Position numbers and translations under genes: made by a program. The notes beneath the pieces were generated by a model. It was given only the letters and a program-made list of their open reading frames with translations, made no database searches and was not told the DNA's origin. From an uncultured Solirubrobacterales bacterium (GTDB lineage Bacteria; Actinomycetota; Thermoleophilia; Solirubrobacterales; 70-9), in contig CAVUES010000007.1 in the NCBI GenBank assembly GCA_963740555.1, positions 79,310 to 143,309 on the forward strand: a stretch of DNA of 64,000 nucleotides, in the 5' to 3' direction. Shown here piece after piece: positions 50,050-57,913 of this stretch (its first letter is position 1; every line of letters begins with the position of its first letter).

Positions 50050-50112
50050 CCGCGACACAAGGTGTCGCGGCAGGGGCATGTCAGGCGGCCGAAGGCCGCC
50101 GCAGTTTATTCA
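50047..50112 (+). repeat. Double-hairpin repeat, copy B; fills the whole convergent gap
   Basis: TAGCCGCGACACAAGGTGTCGCGGCAGGGGCATGTCAGGCGGCCGAAGGCCGCCGCAGTTTATTCA. The left end includes the pucR-like TAG. The right end includes the TCA (TGA) stop of the minus-strand SRPBCC gene. Confidence 0.85.
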
Positions 50113-50574
50113 GGAGCCCTTGCCACGGGCGTAGGGCTCGAGGCCCTCGATCGCCCGTTTGATCGACCAGTCGTGGTTCCAGCGGAACACCGGTCGCAGC
50201 ACCGGGGTCAGGTAGCGAAGCAGAGGGCGGTCTGCGATCACCCGCCAGTCGAAGCGGATGTGGACTCGCCCATCGTCGGCTTTGGTCAGCGTCCAGACGC
50301 CACGGCCGGTAAGGTCGCCGACAACCGAGACCTCGAACCCGCGCGGCGGGTCGTAGCGGACGATCTCCGAGGTCGTGTTCAGCGTGTAGGGAAGCCGCCC
50401 CTTGAAGTGCTGCTTCGAGGTCCGGCCGACCTCGGGCGGCCCGTCGGTCTCGACGTCGATGTAGACCGGCGTCCACCAGCGCGGATAGGTGCTGGCGTCG
50501 GCGAGGGCCGCGAACACCGCCTCCTGGGGGGCGTCCACGTCCCACTCGTCGATGAACACGTATTCCGAAGCCAT
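50110..50574 (-). CDS. SRPBCC (START/polyketide-cyclase-like) family protein
   Basis: VFAALADASTYPRWW...GRGVWTL... pattern typical of SRPBCC ligand-binding proteins. Start ATG at 50574. Confidence 0.75.
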   Translation of the reverse strand: MASEYVFIDEWDVDAPQEAVFAALADASTYPRWWTPVYIDVETDGPPEVGRTSKQHFKGRLPYTLNTTSEIVRYDPPRGFEVSVVGDLTGRGVWTLTKADDGRVHIRFDWRVIADRPLLRYLTPVLRPVFRWNHDWSIKRAIEGLEPYARGKGS

Positions 50575-50615
50575 CAGGCGTCTGTCTGTCTCTGCGCGGG
50601 CGGGGATCGATCGGA

Positions 50616-50951
50616 TCAATGCCCGAGCATACGGCGCAGGCGAGCAAGCCGATCGTCCCACTCGCCGCCCACATCGGCGATCCACGCTGCCGCATCCTCG
50701 AGCGGCGCTGGCTCCAGCTCGTAGAGGATCTCGCGGCCAGACCGCCGGCTGTGCACCAACCCGGCTTCGCCGAGCGCGGCCAGGTGCTTGCTGACCGCCT
50801 GGCGGCTGATCGGTAGCTCGGCTGCGAGCGCGGTTGCGCTCGCGCCGCCCCCCGAGGCGAGCTTCTGGACCAGATGCCGCCGCGTCGGGTCCGCGAGCGC
50901 GGCGAAGACCTCGCCCCCCTGCCCCGGTTCGTGGGGGAGCGCCGCTGACAT
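50616..50951 (-). CDS. ArsR/SmtB-family transcriptional regulator
   Basis: FAALADPTRRHLVQKL....ATALAAELPISRQAVSKHLAALGEAGLV winged-HTH. Confidence 0.9.
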   Translation of the reverse strand: MSAALPHEPGQGGEVFAALADPTRRHLVQKLASGGGASATALAAELPISRQAVSKHLAALGEAGLVHSRRSGREILYELEPAPLEDAAAWIADVGGEWDDRLARLRRMLGH

Positions 50952-50958
50952 CACCGGC

Positions 50959-51354
50959 TCAGGCGTAGGCGAGGTCGGCGAGCGCGACGCGCAGCGAATC
51001 GAGGCGCCGTCGCCAGCCCTCGGAAGCCTCGGCGCTGGCCCTTGGCTCGAGCCCGGTCTCACTCACCGTCAGTCTGGTCCCGCCATCGACCTCCTCGACG
51101 CGGAACTCGACCCGGCTCTCAGCCAGGCCGTCGCGCCGCCAGCGAAACGCCAGCCGCTCGCCCTCCTCGACCAGCTCGACGGCGCCCGGCCGCTCTTCGC
51201 CGTCCTCGGTACGGCAGAGAACCGCTCCGCGGGGACGGAGGTCGAGCTCGACCTCCGGCGCGAGCCAGTCGCGCAGCATCGCTTCGTCGGAGACCGCCTT
51301 CCAAACCTCTTCGGCCGGAAGGTCGATCAGCAGGGTGCGCTCGATCGAAGCCAT
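50959..51354 (-). CDS. SRPBCC / AHSA1-like (activator of Hsp90 ATPase homolog 1-like) protein
   Basis: IERTLLIDLPAEEVWKAVSD...LRDWL...RLAFRW. First gene of the SRPBCC-ArsR-SRPBCC operon. Start ATG at 51354. Confidence 0.75.
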   Translation of the reverse strand: MASIERTLLIDLPAEEVWKAVSDEAMLRDWLAPEVELDLRPRGAVLCRTEDGEERPGAVELVEEGERLAFRWRRDGLAESRVEFRVEEVDGGTRLTVSETGLEPRASAEASEGWRRRLDSLRVALADLAYA

Positions 51355-51371
51355 GCAACCTAATGGTTGCA
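51354..51371. promoter_or_regulatory. Candidate ArsR operator 1
   Basis: TGCAACC-TAAT-GGTTGCA is a perfect 7-4-7 palindrome followed by CATC. It abuts the start codon of the first operon gene. Confidence 0.5.
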
Positions 51372-51390
51372 CATCTTGCTACGGTTGACC

Positions 51391-51408
51391 TGCAACGAAT
51401 AGGTTGCA
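51391..51408. promoter_or_regulatory. Candidate ArsR operator 2
   Basis: TGCAAC-GAATAG-GTTGCA palindrome, also followed by CATC, 37 nt from operator 1. Confidence 0.45.
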
Positions 51409-51414
51409 CATCGA

Positions 51415-51449
51415 AGGACGAATGACGAATGACGAACAGCGAGGTGTGA
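51415..51449. repeat. Heptad tandem repeat (AGGACGA ATGACGA ATGACGA ACAGCGA GGTGTGA) ending 4 nt before the clpP ATG
   Basis: Read directly from the sequence. The first three units match the array at 46150-46184. Confidence 0.6.
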
Positions 51450-51453
51450 ACCC

Positions 51454-52071
51454 ATGTCCCTGATCCCAATCGTGGTCGAGCAGACGCCCCGCGGCGAGCG
51501 CTCCTTCGACATCTACAGCCGGCTGCTCGGCGACCGCATCGTCTTCATCGGCCAGCCGATCACCGAGGACCTGGCGAACCTGGTGGTGGCGCAGCTTCTG
51601 CACCTCGACTCCGAGGACCCCGAGAAGGACATCAGCATCTACGTCAACTCCCCCGGGGGCTCCGCCTACGCCGGGCTCGCGATCTACGACACGATGCAAT
51701 TCATTAAGGCCGACGTGCAGACGATCTGCTTCGGGATCGCGATGTCGGCGGGCTCGTTGATTCTGACCGGGGGAGCCAAGGGAAAGCGAATGGCGCTGCC
51801 CAACTGCCGCATCCTCATCCACCAGCCGACCGGCGGCTTCGAGGGTCAGTCCGCCGACATCGAGATCCACGCCCGCGAGATCCTCCAGCTGCGCGCGCGG
51901 ATCGAGGCGATCTACGTCCAGCACAGCGGCCAGCAGGCCAAGCGCGTCCACGAGGACATGGAGCGGGACCATTTCTTCGACCCTGAGGAGGCGGTCGAGT
52001 ACGGGCTGATCGACCGGGTGATCGAGTCGCACGAGCTGCAGCGCACGCCGGTCGGCTTCCGCGAAGGCTGA
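51454..52071 (+). CDS. clpP: ATP-dependent Clp protease proteolytic subunit
   Basis: [22 protein letters not shown], the GIAMSAGS catalytic Ser and IHQP catalytic His regions. Confidence 0.95.
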   Translation: MSLIPIVVEQTPRGERSFDIYSRLLGDRIVFIGQPITEDLANLVVAQLLHLDSEDPEKDISIYVNSPGGSAYAGLAIYDTMQFIKADVQTICFGIAMSAGSLILTGGAKGKRMALPNCRILIHQPTGGFEGQSADIEIHAREILQLRARIEAIYVQHSGQQAKRVHEDMERDHFFDPEEAVEYGLIDRVIESHELQRTPVGFREG

Positions 52072-52073
52072 GG

Positions 52074-52145
52074 TTCCGGGGGGAGGATTTGAACCCCCGC
52101 TTCCTGGACCAAAACCAGGCGTGCTGCCGACTACACCACCCCGGA
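52074..52145 (-). tRNA. tRNA-Gln (anticodon TTG)
   Basis: Manual cloverleaf on the minus strand. Acceptor TCCGGGG/CCCCGGA. Anticodon stem CCTGG/CCAGG with loop TTTTGGT. T-arm GGGGGTTCAAATCCTCC. 72 nt with discriminator A. CCA is not fully encoded. Confidence 0.85.
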
Positions 52146-52178
52146 CCAGCCCCGACCTTAGCGCCGCCGGAAGAAGGT

Positions 52179-52940
52179 GTGGGATCGTCCGTCGACGTGG
52201 GCTTGCCAGACGCGACAGCGATCCGACCCAGCGTGGTTTACGGCGAGACCCTTGCGACATACGTCCGCCGCGCTCCCCAGCTTCTGCTGGTCGGAGCGAT
52301 CGTCTTCGTGCCGTTGGGGCTCATGGAAGCGGTTGTGGGGCGCGCCGGGTCGATCGGATCGGCGGCCGACAACGGCATCACGATCGTGGCGGTGCTCGCG
52401 CTCCTCTTGGTGCAGGTCGTCGTTGGCCTGGTCGGCGAGGTGTTCTACAGCGGCGCAGTCGCCAACCTGATCGCCTTCCAGCGGCGCGGTGACCTGGTGT
52501 CCCTGCGGACGCTGGCCGCGAGGCTCGCGTACGGGCGCTTGATCGCGGTCGCGGTCCTCAACGACATCGCGGTGGCGGTCGGCCTGCTCGCATTCGTGGT
52601 TCCAGGAGTGGTCCTTTTCACATGGCTGGCCCTCGCGGCACCACTGGTCGAGCTACAGGGATGCGGTGTTCGGGAGGCGTTTTCACGCAGCCGGCGGCTG
52701 GTGCGTGGCCAGTTCTGGCGCGTGCTTGCGGTGCTGGGGCCGATCACGCTTGCGAGCCAGAGCCTCGACGATGCGGTCCGCGTCGCCGCCCACCGCATCG
52801 TCGGTCACGGCCTGGTCGCCGATTGGCTCGCGGACGCGGCCACCAGCGTTTTCATCTACCCGCTTTATGCCGTCGCCGCGGTCCTGATCACTCTTCAATT
52901 GATCGGCCAGGCGCCGTCCACGGCAGCGGCGCGGGGCTAG
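52179..52940 (+). CDS. Polytopic membrane protein, hypothetical
   Basis: Several TM helices. The ORF opens at 52089 but that part overlaps the tRNA. GTG 52179, after GAAGAAGG, is chosen tentatively. Confidence 0.5.
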   Translation: MGSSVDVGLPDATAIRPSVVYGETLATYVRRAPQLLLVGAIVFVPLGLMEAVVGRAGSIGSAADNGITIVAVLALLLVQVVVGLVGEVFYSGAVANLIAFQRRGDLVSLRTLAARLAYGRLIAVAVLNDIAVAVGLLAFVVPGVVLFTWLALAAPLVELQGCGVREAFSRSRRLVRGQFWRVLAVLGPITLASQSLDDAVRVAAHRIVGHGLVADWLADAATSVFIYPLYAVAAVLITLQLIGQAPSTAAARG

Positions 52941-52955
52941 ACTCGCGGCGCGCCT

Positions 52956-53801
52956 GTGATCTCGATCCCGATCGCCTCATTCGTCTCCGACTTCTGGACC
53001 GACCAGATCTCGACTGAGCACCGGGACGGCATCTTCCTGGTCCTGGTCGGCTTCATCCTTTCCTTCGCGTTCATTCGCATGAGCACGCGGCTGATGCGCA
53101 GCCCCCGGTTCTCCTGGTGGCCGGGCAGCGTGGTCAGCGACAGCGGCGTCCACATCCACCACCTCGTGTTCGGGATCTGCACGATGATCCTGGCCGGCAC
53201 CGTCGGGTTCGCCTCCACCGGCTCTCAGCCCTGGTTCGACATCGCGGCGGGCCTGTTTGGCGTCGGGGTCGGGCTGACGATCGACGAGTTCGCGCTCTGG
53301 GTCTACCTCGACGACGTCTACTGGTCCGAGGAGGGACGAAAATCGGTCGACGCGACGGTGATCGCGGCCGCCGGCATGCTGCTGATCCTGTTCGGATTCG
53401 AGCCCTTCAACTTCACGACCAGCTCCGTCGGCGAGGTGATCTCGAGTTTCGCCGGCGCGGCGCTGCTGTTCGCGATGGTCGCTGTCTGCTTCGCGAAGGG
53501 GCGCATCATGCACGGCTACATCGGCTTCTTTCTGCTCCCTATAGCGATCTACGGCGCCTCACGGCTCGGCAAGCCCGACTCGCCGTGGGCGCGGCGCTTC
53601 TATGGCGAGCGGCGCCCCGACAAGCAGGCCGCGGCCGTGCAGCGCTTCCGGCCGGAGCGGCGCACCGAGCGCTTCAAGCAGCGGTTCCGCGACATCGTCG
53701 GTGGGGCGACCGAGGAGGAGTACGAGGCGAAGCTCGCTCAGCAGGCCGCCAGCCGCGAAGCGGCAGAGAAGATGCGAAGCCGCGCGCAGCGCGTGCCCTG
53801 A
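52956..53801 (+). CDS. Polytopic membrane protein with a basic C-terminal tail, hypothetical
   Basis: GTG start. About 6 TM helices, then a charged tail (RFRPERRTERFKQRFRD...). No family recognised. Confidence 0.55.
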   Translation: MISIPIASFVSDFWTDQISTEHRDGIFLVLVGFILSFAFIRMSTRLMRSPRFSWWPGSVVSDSGVHIHHLVFGICTMILAGTVGFASTGSQPWFDIAAGLFGVGVGLTIDEFALWVYLDDVYWSEEGRKSVDATVIAAAGMLLILFGFEPFNFTTSSVGEVISSFAGAALLFAMVAVCFAKGRIMHGYIGFFLLPIAIYGASRLGKPDSPWARRFYGERRPDKQAAAVQRFRPERRTERFKQRFRDIVGGATEEEYEAKLAQQAASREAAEKMRSRAQRVP

Positions 53802-53819
53802 GCCTTCGGTCCCTACCAG

Positions 53820-53877
53820 CACTTGCGGTGGCTTCGCCGCCTGAGCGCATTTTGCCGCGGGGCGATCTGTCGCGGCC
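53820..53877 (-). repeat. Double-hairpin repeat, copy F (degenerate)
   Basis: The plus strand reads CACTTGCGGTGGCTTCGCCGCCTGAGCGCATTTTGCCGCGGGGCGATCTGTCGCGGCC. It ends 15 nt before the proposed glmU GTG. Confidence 0.7.
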
Positions 53878-53891
53878 GTACCATCTCTGCC

Positions 53892-55310
53892 GTGAACGGC
53901 GCGCGCGCTGACGGCCCAACCGTCCTAGTGATGGCGGCAGGCGAGGGAACACGGATGCACTCATCCGTGCCCAAGGCCCTGCACATGGTCTGCGGCCGCC
54001 CGATGATCGCCTGGCCGATCCTCGCCGCCCGCGAGGCGGGCGCCGGGAGGGTGGTCGCGATCGTCTCCCCGCAGCGCGACATCTCAGCCGGACTGCCGCC
54101 CGACACCGAGACGGTCCCGCAGCCGCAGGCCGACGGCACCGGGGGCGCGATTCGCGCCGCGCTTGACGTGGTGCGCGAGTCGAGGACCGTGGTCGTGCTC
54201 TCCGGAGATCACCCGGTGATCTCGGCGGCGGCGATCCGCGGCTTGCTCGACGCCCACGATGCGAACGGCGCCGCGGCGACCGTGATGACCACGGAGCTCG
54301 AAGAGCCGGGTGCCTATGGGCGGATCGTTCGCGCAACCGATGGCAGCCTGGAGCGAATCGTCGAGGCCAAGGCGCCGGGTGACGCGACCCCCGAGGAGCT
54401 GCGGATCAAGGAGATCAACGCCGGCACCTACGTCTTCGATGGCACGGCGCTTGCAGCGGCGCTCGACGGGATCTCCAACGACAACGCCCAGGGCGAGTAC
54501 TACCTCGGCGACGTGCTGCCCCTGATCCGCGCCGCCGGCGGGGGAGTGACCGCCCACCTGGTCGACGGAGACGCGGTGACCCTGGGCGTGAACTCGCGCC
54601 TCGACCTCGCCAACGCGACCGCCGAGGCCCGCCGCCGCATCCTCGAGCGCCACATGCTGGCCGGTGTGACGATCACCGATCCCAACGCCACCTGGATCGA
54701 CGCCGACGTCGAGATCGCCGCCGACGCGACGATCGAGCCCGGGACGACGCTTCACGGCCGCTCCGAGATCGGCGCCGGCTCGGTGGTGGGGCCGAACACG
54801 ACCCTGATCGACAGCAAGCTCGGCGAGCGGGTCGCCGCTCCGCACTCCTATCTCGTCGACTGCGAGGTGCTGGACGGTTGCGCGGTCGGGCCATTCGCCT
54901 ACATCCGTCCCCAGACCGTGCTCGCCGAAGGGGCAAAGGCGGGGGCGTTCGTGGAGATCAAGAACTCGCGTGTGGGGGAGGGGGCGAAGGTGCCGCACCT
55001 CTCCTACGTGGGGGACGCCGAGATCGGCGCCGGCTCCAACCTCGGCGCCGGAACGATCACCGCCAACTACGACGGATTTCGCAAAAACCGCACTGTGATC
55101 GGTGAGCACTGCCGCATAGGCGTTGACACGATGCTCGTCGCACCGGTAAGCATCGGAGACGGCGCTTACACTGGCGCTGGTGCGGTGATCCGCAAGGACG
55201 TGCCGCCCGGGGCGCTGGCGGTTCCGCTGGAGGATAGGCAGCGCCACATCGAGGGCTACGCAGAGCGCAAAGCGAAGCAGGCCGAAGAAGACCAGGAGAC
55301 AGGCTCGTGA
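53892..55310 (+). CDS. glmU: Bifunctional UDP-N-acetylglucosamine diphosphorylase / glucosamine-1-phosphate N-acetyltransferase
   Basis: LVMAAGEGTRMHSSVPKALH N-terminus, EYYLGDV, and C-terminal left-handed beta-helix hexapeptide repeats. GTG 53892 start is tentative. Confidence 0.9.
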   Translation: MNGARADGPTVLVMAAGEGTRMHSSVPKALHMVCGRPMIAWPILAAREAGAGRVVAIVSPQRDISAGLPPDTETVPQPQADGTGGAIRAALDVVRESRTVVVLSGDHPVISAAAIRGLLDAHDANGAAATVMTTELEEPGAYGRIVRATDGSLERIVEAKAPGDATPEELRIKEINAGTYVFDGTALAAALDGISNDNAQGEYYLGDVLPLIRAAGGGVTAHLVDGDAVTLGVNSRLDLANATAEARRRILERHMLAGVTITDPNATWIDADVEIAADATIEPGTTLHGRSEIGAGSVVGPNTTLIDSKLGERVAAPHSYLVDCEVLDGCAVGPFAYIRPQTVLAEGAKAGAFVEIKNSRVGEGAKVPHLSYVGDAEIGAGSNLGAGTITANYDGFRKNRTVIGEHCRIGVDTMLVAPVSIGDGAYTGAGAVIRKDVPPGALAVPLEDRQRHIEGYAERKAKQAEEDQETGS

Positions 55311-56332
55311 GCACGATCGAGGAACCGCGTCCGGCTGTAACGGCGATCCCCCACGACTACTCGAAGCGCCTGATGGTCTTCGGGGGGCGCTGCTCGATGG
55401 ACCTTGCTGCGAAGATCGCTGGCAAGCTCGACCTCGATCTCGGCCAGGTGGAACTGAAGACGTTTGCCAACGGCGAGGTCTACTGCCGCTACAGCGAGTC
55501 GATCCGCGGCGCCGACGTCTTCCTGGTCCAGTCCACGGCCGCCAACGAGATGCACGGCATGACGCCGAACGACGCCCTGCTGGAGCTGCTGATGATGATC
55601 GACGCCGCCCAGGGCGCCTCCGCGCACCGGATCATCGCCGTGACCCCCTGGTACGGCTACGCGCGCCAGGACAAGAAGTCGGCCCCCCGCGAGCCGATCT
55701 CCGCCCGCGTGGTCGCCAAATGCCTGGAGGGAGTGGGAGTGGACAGGGTGCTGACCATGGACCTGCACGCCGGCCAGGTGCAGGGCTTCTTCCATATCCC
55801 CGTCGACCACATGACCGCGATGCCGATGCTCACCCGGTGGTTCATGGACCAGAACTTCGGCGATGAGCTGGTGATCGTCTCCCCGGACGCCGGCCGGGTG
55901 AAGATGGCGCGCAACTTCGCCCGCAAGCTGGGTGTCCACTGGGCGGTAATGGAGAAGGAGCGCCCCGCCCATCAGGTGGCCAAGGCCGGCTATGTGGTCG
56001 GGGACGTGAAGGGCAAGACGGCGGTCCTGGTCGACGACATGATCGATACCGCTGGGACGCTGTGCGCGGCGGCTGAGACCGTTGTCGAGGAGGGTGCGGC
56101 GCGGGTGATTGCCTGCGCCACCCACGGCGTCTTCTCGGATCCTGCGTTCGAGCGCCTGCAGGGCTCGGGGATCGAGCAGATCGTCGTCACTGACACGATT
56201 CCGCTGCGCATCGAAGCGCCGGACAACATCATTGTGCTCTCGACCGCCGGCACGTTCGCCGACTCGATCCGGCGCATCTTCACCGACGACTCGGTGTCGG
56301 AGATCTTCGCGGGAGAGAACCAGCTCTTTTAG
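55307..56332 (+). CDS. prs: Ribose-phosphate pyrophosphokinase
   Basis: FANGEVYCRYSESIRGADVFLVQS, the PWYGYARQDKK motif, and the VLVDDMIDTAGTL PRPP-binding loop. The GTG start overlaps the glmU stop. Confidence 0.95.
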   Translation: MSTIEEPRPAVTAIPHDYSKRLMVFGGRCSMDLAAKIAGKLDLDLGQVELKTFANGEVYCRYSESIRGADVFLVQSTAANEMHGMTPNDALLELLMMIDAAQGASAHRIIAVTPWYGYARQDKKSAPREPISARVVAKCLEGVGVDRVLTMDLHAGQVQGFFHIPVDHMTAMPMLTRWFMDQNFGDELVIVSPDAGRVKMARNFARKLGVHWAVMEKERPAHQVAKAGYVVGDVKGKTAVLVDDMIDTAGTLCAAAETVVEEGAARVIACATHGVFSDPAFERLQGSGIEQIVVTDTIPLRIEAPDNIIVLSTAGTFADSIRRIFTDDSVSEIFAGENQLF

Positions 56333-56343
56333 CTGGTTAGGTC

Positions 56344-56409
56344 GAGGCCGCGACACAAAGTGTCGCGGCAGTCGCTGGTCAGGCGGCCGAAGGCCGCCGC
56401 AAGTATTCG
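56344..56409 (+). repeat. Double-hairpin repeat, copy C
   Basis: GAGGCCGCGACACAAAGTGTCGCGGCAGTCGCTGGTCAGGCGGCCGAAGGCCGCCGCAAGTATTC. It starts 12 nt after the prs stop. Confidence 0.85.
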
Positions 56410-56413
56410 GGGG

Positions 56414-56644
56414 TGCGCTAAGACCCGGCAGCGGCTCCTTCTCGCGCTCGCCGGGCACGAAATTCTCCTCCGGCTCGAGCAGGCTGCGAACGTCGTCGCG
56501 AAGCTTGGGGGTGTCCTCGTGCTGGTGCACCGATACCGAGTGCTGCACAGCGGCCTCCACCACCTCTTTCTCTTCGCCGATGATCGTCAGCGTGCAGTTC
56601 GAATCGCTTGGGAACCGCCGGCAATCAGCCATCTTCCGTGCCAT
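56414..56644 (-). CDS. DUF1059-like small protein; only the conserved 5' part is annotated because there is no in-frame stop before 55256
   Basis: ATG 56644 is preceded by GAAAGGAG. MARKMADCRRFPSDSNCTLTIIGEEKEVVEAAVQHSVSVHQHEDTPKLRDDVRSLL matches the DUF1059 pattern as I recall it. The frame then runs through repeat copy C and antisense to prs. Confidence 0.55.
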
Positions 56645-56715
56645 CAAGGTCTCCTTTCTCGTGCCCACCCCGTAGGGCTGTTCTACGCCCCCCGCGACTC
56701 CGCGTCAAGGCGGAC

Positions 56716-57120
56716 TTAGAAACCGACCTGGGAGACCTTCCAGTCGCCGCCCTCCTTGACGAGCAGGATCGTCTCCGCGTTTCCGCCTCCTCCGTTTCGG
56801 CTCACGGAGGCATCGACCGTCGCGCGGTCGCCGCTGATCCGAACCTGCTGGACCTGGATCGACAGCGTCGCGCCTTTCCGCGCAAGCTTCGGCAGGGCCT
56901 GTTCGCAGCTCGTTCCCACCTGCTTGAACTTGGCGAGCTGCTGGGAGGAGATCAGTCCGCAGACCTTGGCGAAGTCGCCCTTGTTGCGGGCGTCGACGAG
57001 CTGCGTGACCGTGTCGCGCGCCTTGTCCTCGTCGCTCTTGCCCCCAAATGGGCCGCAGCCGGCGAGCGCGAGCCCGAGCAGCGCAACCGCAACGACCATC
57101 GCTCTCCGCGCTTGCGCCAT
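56716..57120 (-). CDS. Putative lipoprotein
   Basis: Signal peptide with the lipobox LALAGC. 134 aa. Start ATG at 57120. Confidence 0.65.
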   Translation of the reverse strand: MAQARRAMVVAVALLGLALAGCGPFGGKSDEDKARDTVTQLVDARNKGDFAKVCGLISSQQLAKFKQVGTSCEQALPKLARKGATLSIQVQQVRISGDRATVDASVSRNGGGGNAETILLVKEGGDWKVSQVGF

Positions 57121-57162
57121 CGGCCGCACCAACCTACCGTGCCCGCGGCGTAGTCTGCGCCG

Positions 57163-57912
57163 ATGCTGCTGGTCGGCCACAAGGGGGCGGACTCGATCCG
57201 CCCCGGAAACACGATCGAGAGCTTCGAGGCGGCAGTCGAGGCGGGCGTCGACACGATCGAGCTCGACGTGCTGCGCCCGCGGTCGGACTTCGACGACCAC
57301 GACGATTGGCGGCGTGCCGCCGCCGGTCCGGTCGCCGAGCCCGGCGGGCCGCTGCTCGTCGCGCACGACTGGGGCGACGCGAAGCGGCGCCAGCCGATGA
57401 CGCTCGCCGAGGGGCTCGATGCATTCGCGACGCCGCCGCTCGACCGGGTCCAGCTCGATCTCGACCTCAAGCTCGCTGGCCGCGAGGACGAGGTCGTCGG
57501 GGCGCTGCGCGAGCGCGGCCTCGTCGATCGGGCGTCGATCTCGACCATGGAGGTCTCCAGCCTCGGCGAGCTGCGTCGCCTCGAGCCCTCCCTGCGGCTC
57601 GGATGGACGATCCCGAGGATCACCCGCGACTGGAACTCGATCCCGTGGGCGAAGCCGCTCGTCGTCGCCGGGCTCGTCTCGCTGCGGCGGCGGCTACCCG
57701 CCGGGGTGCGCCGCCGCGCGCCGCGGCTGGGCGTCGGGTCGATCTGGGCTTACCACCCGACGATCACGCGGCGGCTGGTGGACGCATGCCACGACGCGGG
57801 CCTCGAGCTCGTCGCCTGGACCGTCGACGACCTCGAGCGGATGCGCCAGCTCGCCGATCTCGGCGTCGATGGGATCTGCTCCAACGACCCCAGGCTGTTC
57901 GCGAAGCTGTAG
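57163..57912 (+). CDS. Glycerophosphodiester phosphodiesterase (GDPD) family protein
   Basis: LLVGHKGA...PGNTIESFEAAVEAGVDTIELDV and C-terminal WTVDD...GVDGICSNDP motifs. Confidence 0.85.
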   Translation: MLLVGHKGADSIRPGNTIESFEAAVEAGVDTIELDVLRPRSDFDDHDDWRRAAAGPVAEPGGPLLVAHDWGDAKRRQPMTLAEGLDAFATPPLDRVQLDLDLKLAGREDEVVGALRERGLVDRASISTMEVSSLGELRRLEPSLRLGWTIPRITRDWNSIPWAKPLVVAGLVSLRRRLPAGVRRRAPRLGVGSIWAYHPTITRRLVDACHDAGLELVAWTVDDLERMRQLADLGVDGICSNDPRLFAKL

Positions 57913-57913
57913 C

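Noticed and set aside
52072-52160. Additional tRNAs or a tRNA-linked integration site (att) next to tRNA-Gln
   Set aside because: Only one cloverleaf could be folded. No direct repeat of the tRNA 3' end and no integrase gene are visible in the flanks.
32701-56409. Could the recurring ~60-bp element be a CRISPR array or integron attC sites?
   Set aside because: Copies are kilobases apart, lie in both orientations and are separated by housekeeping genes. There are no regular spacers and no cas or intI genes. Cassette-like unidirectional gene order is absent.
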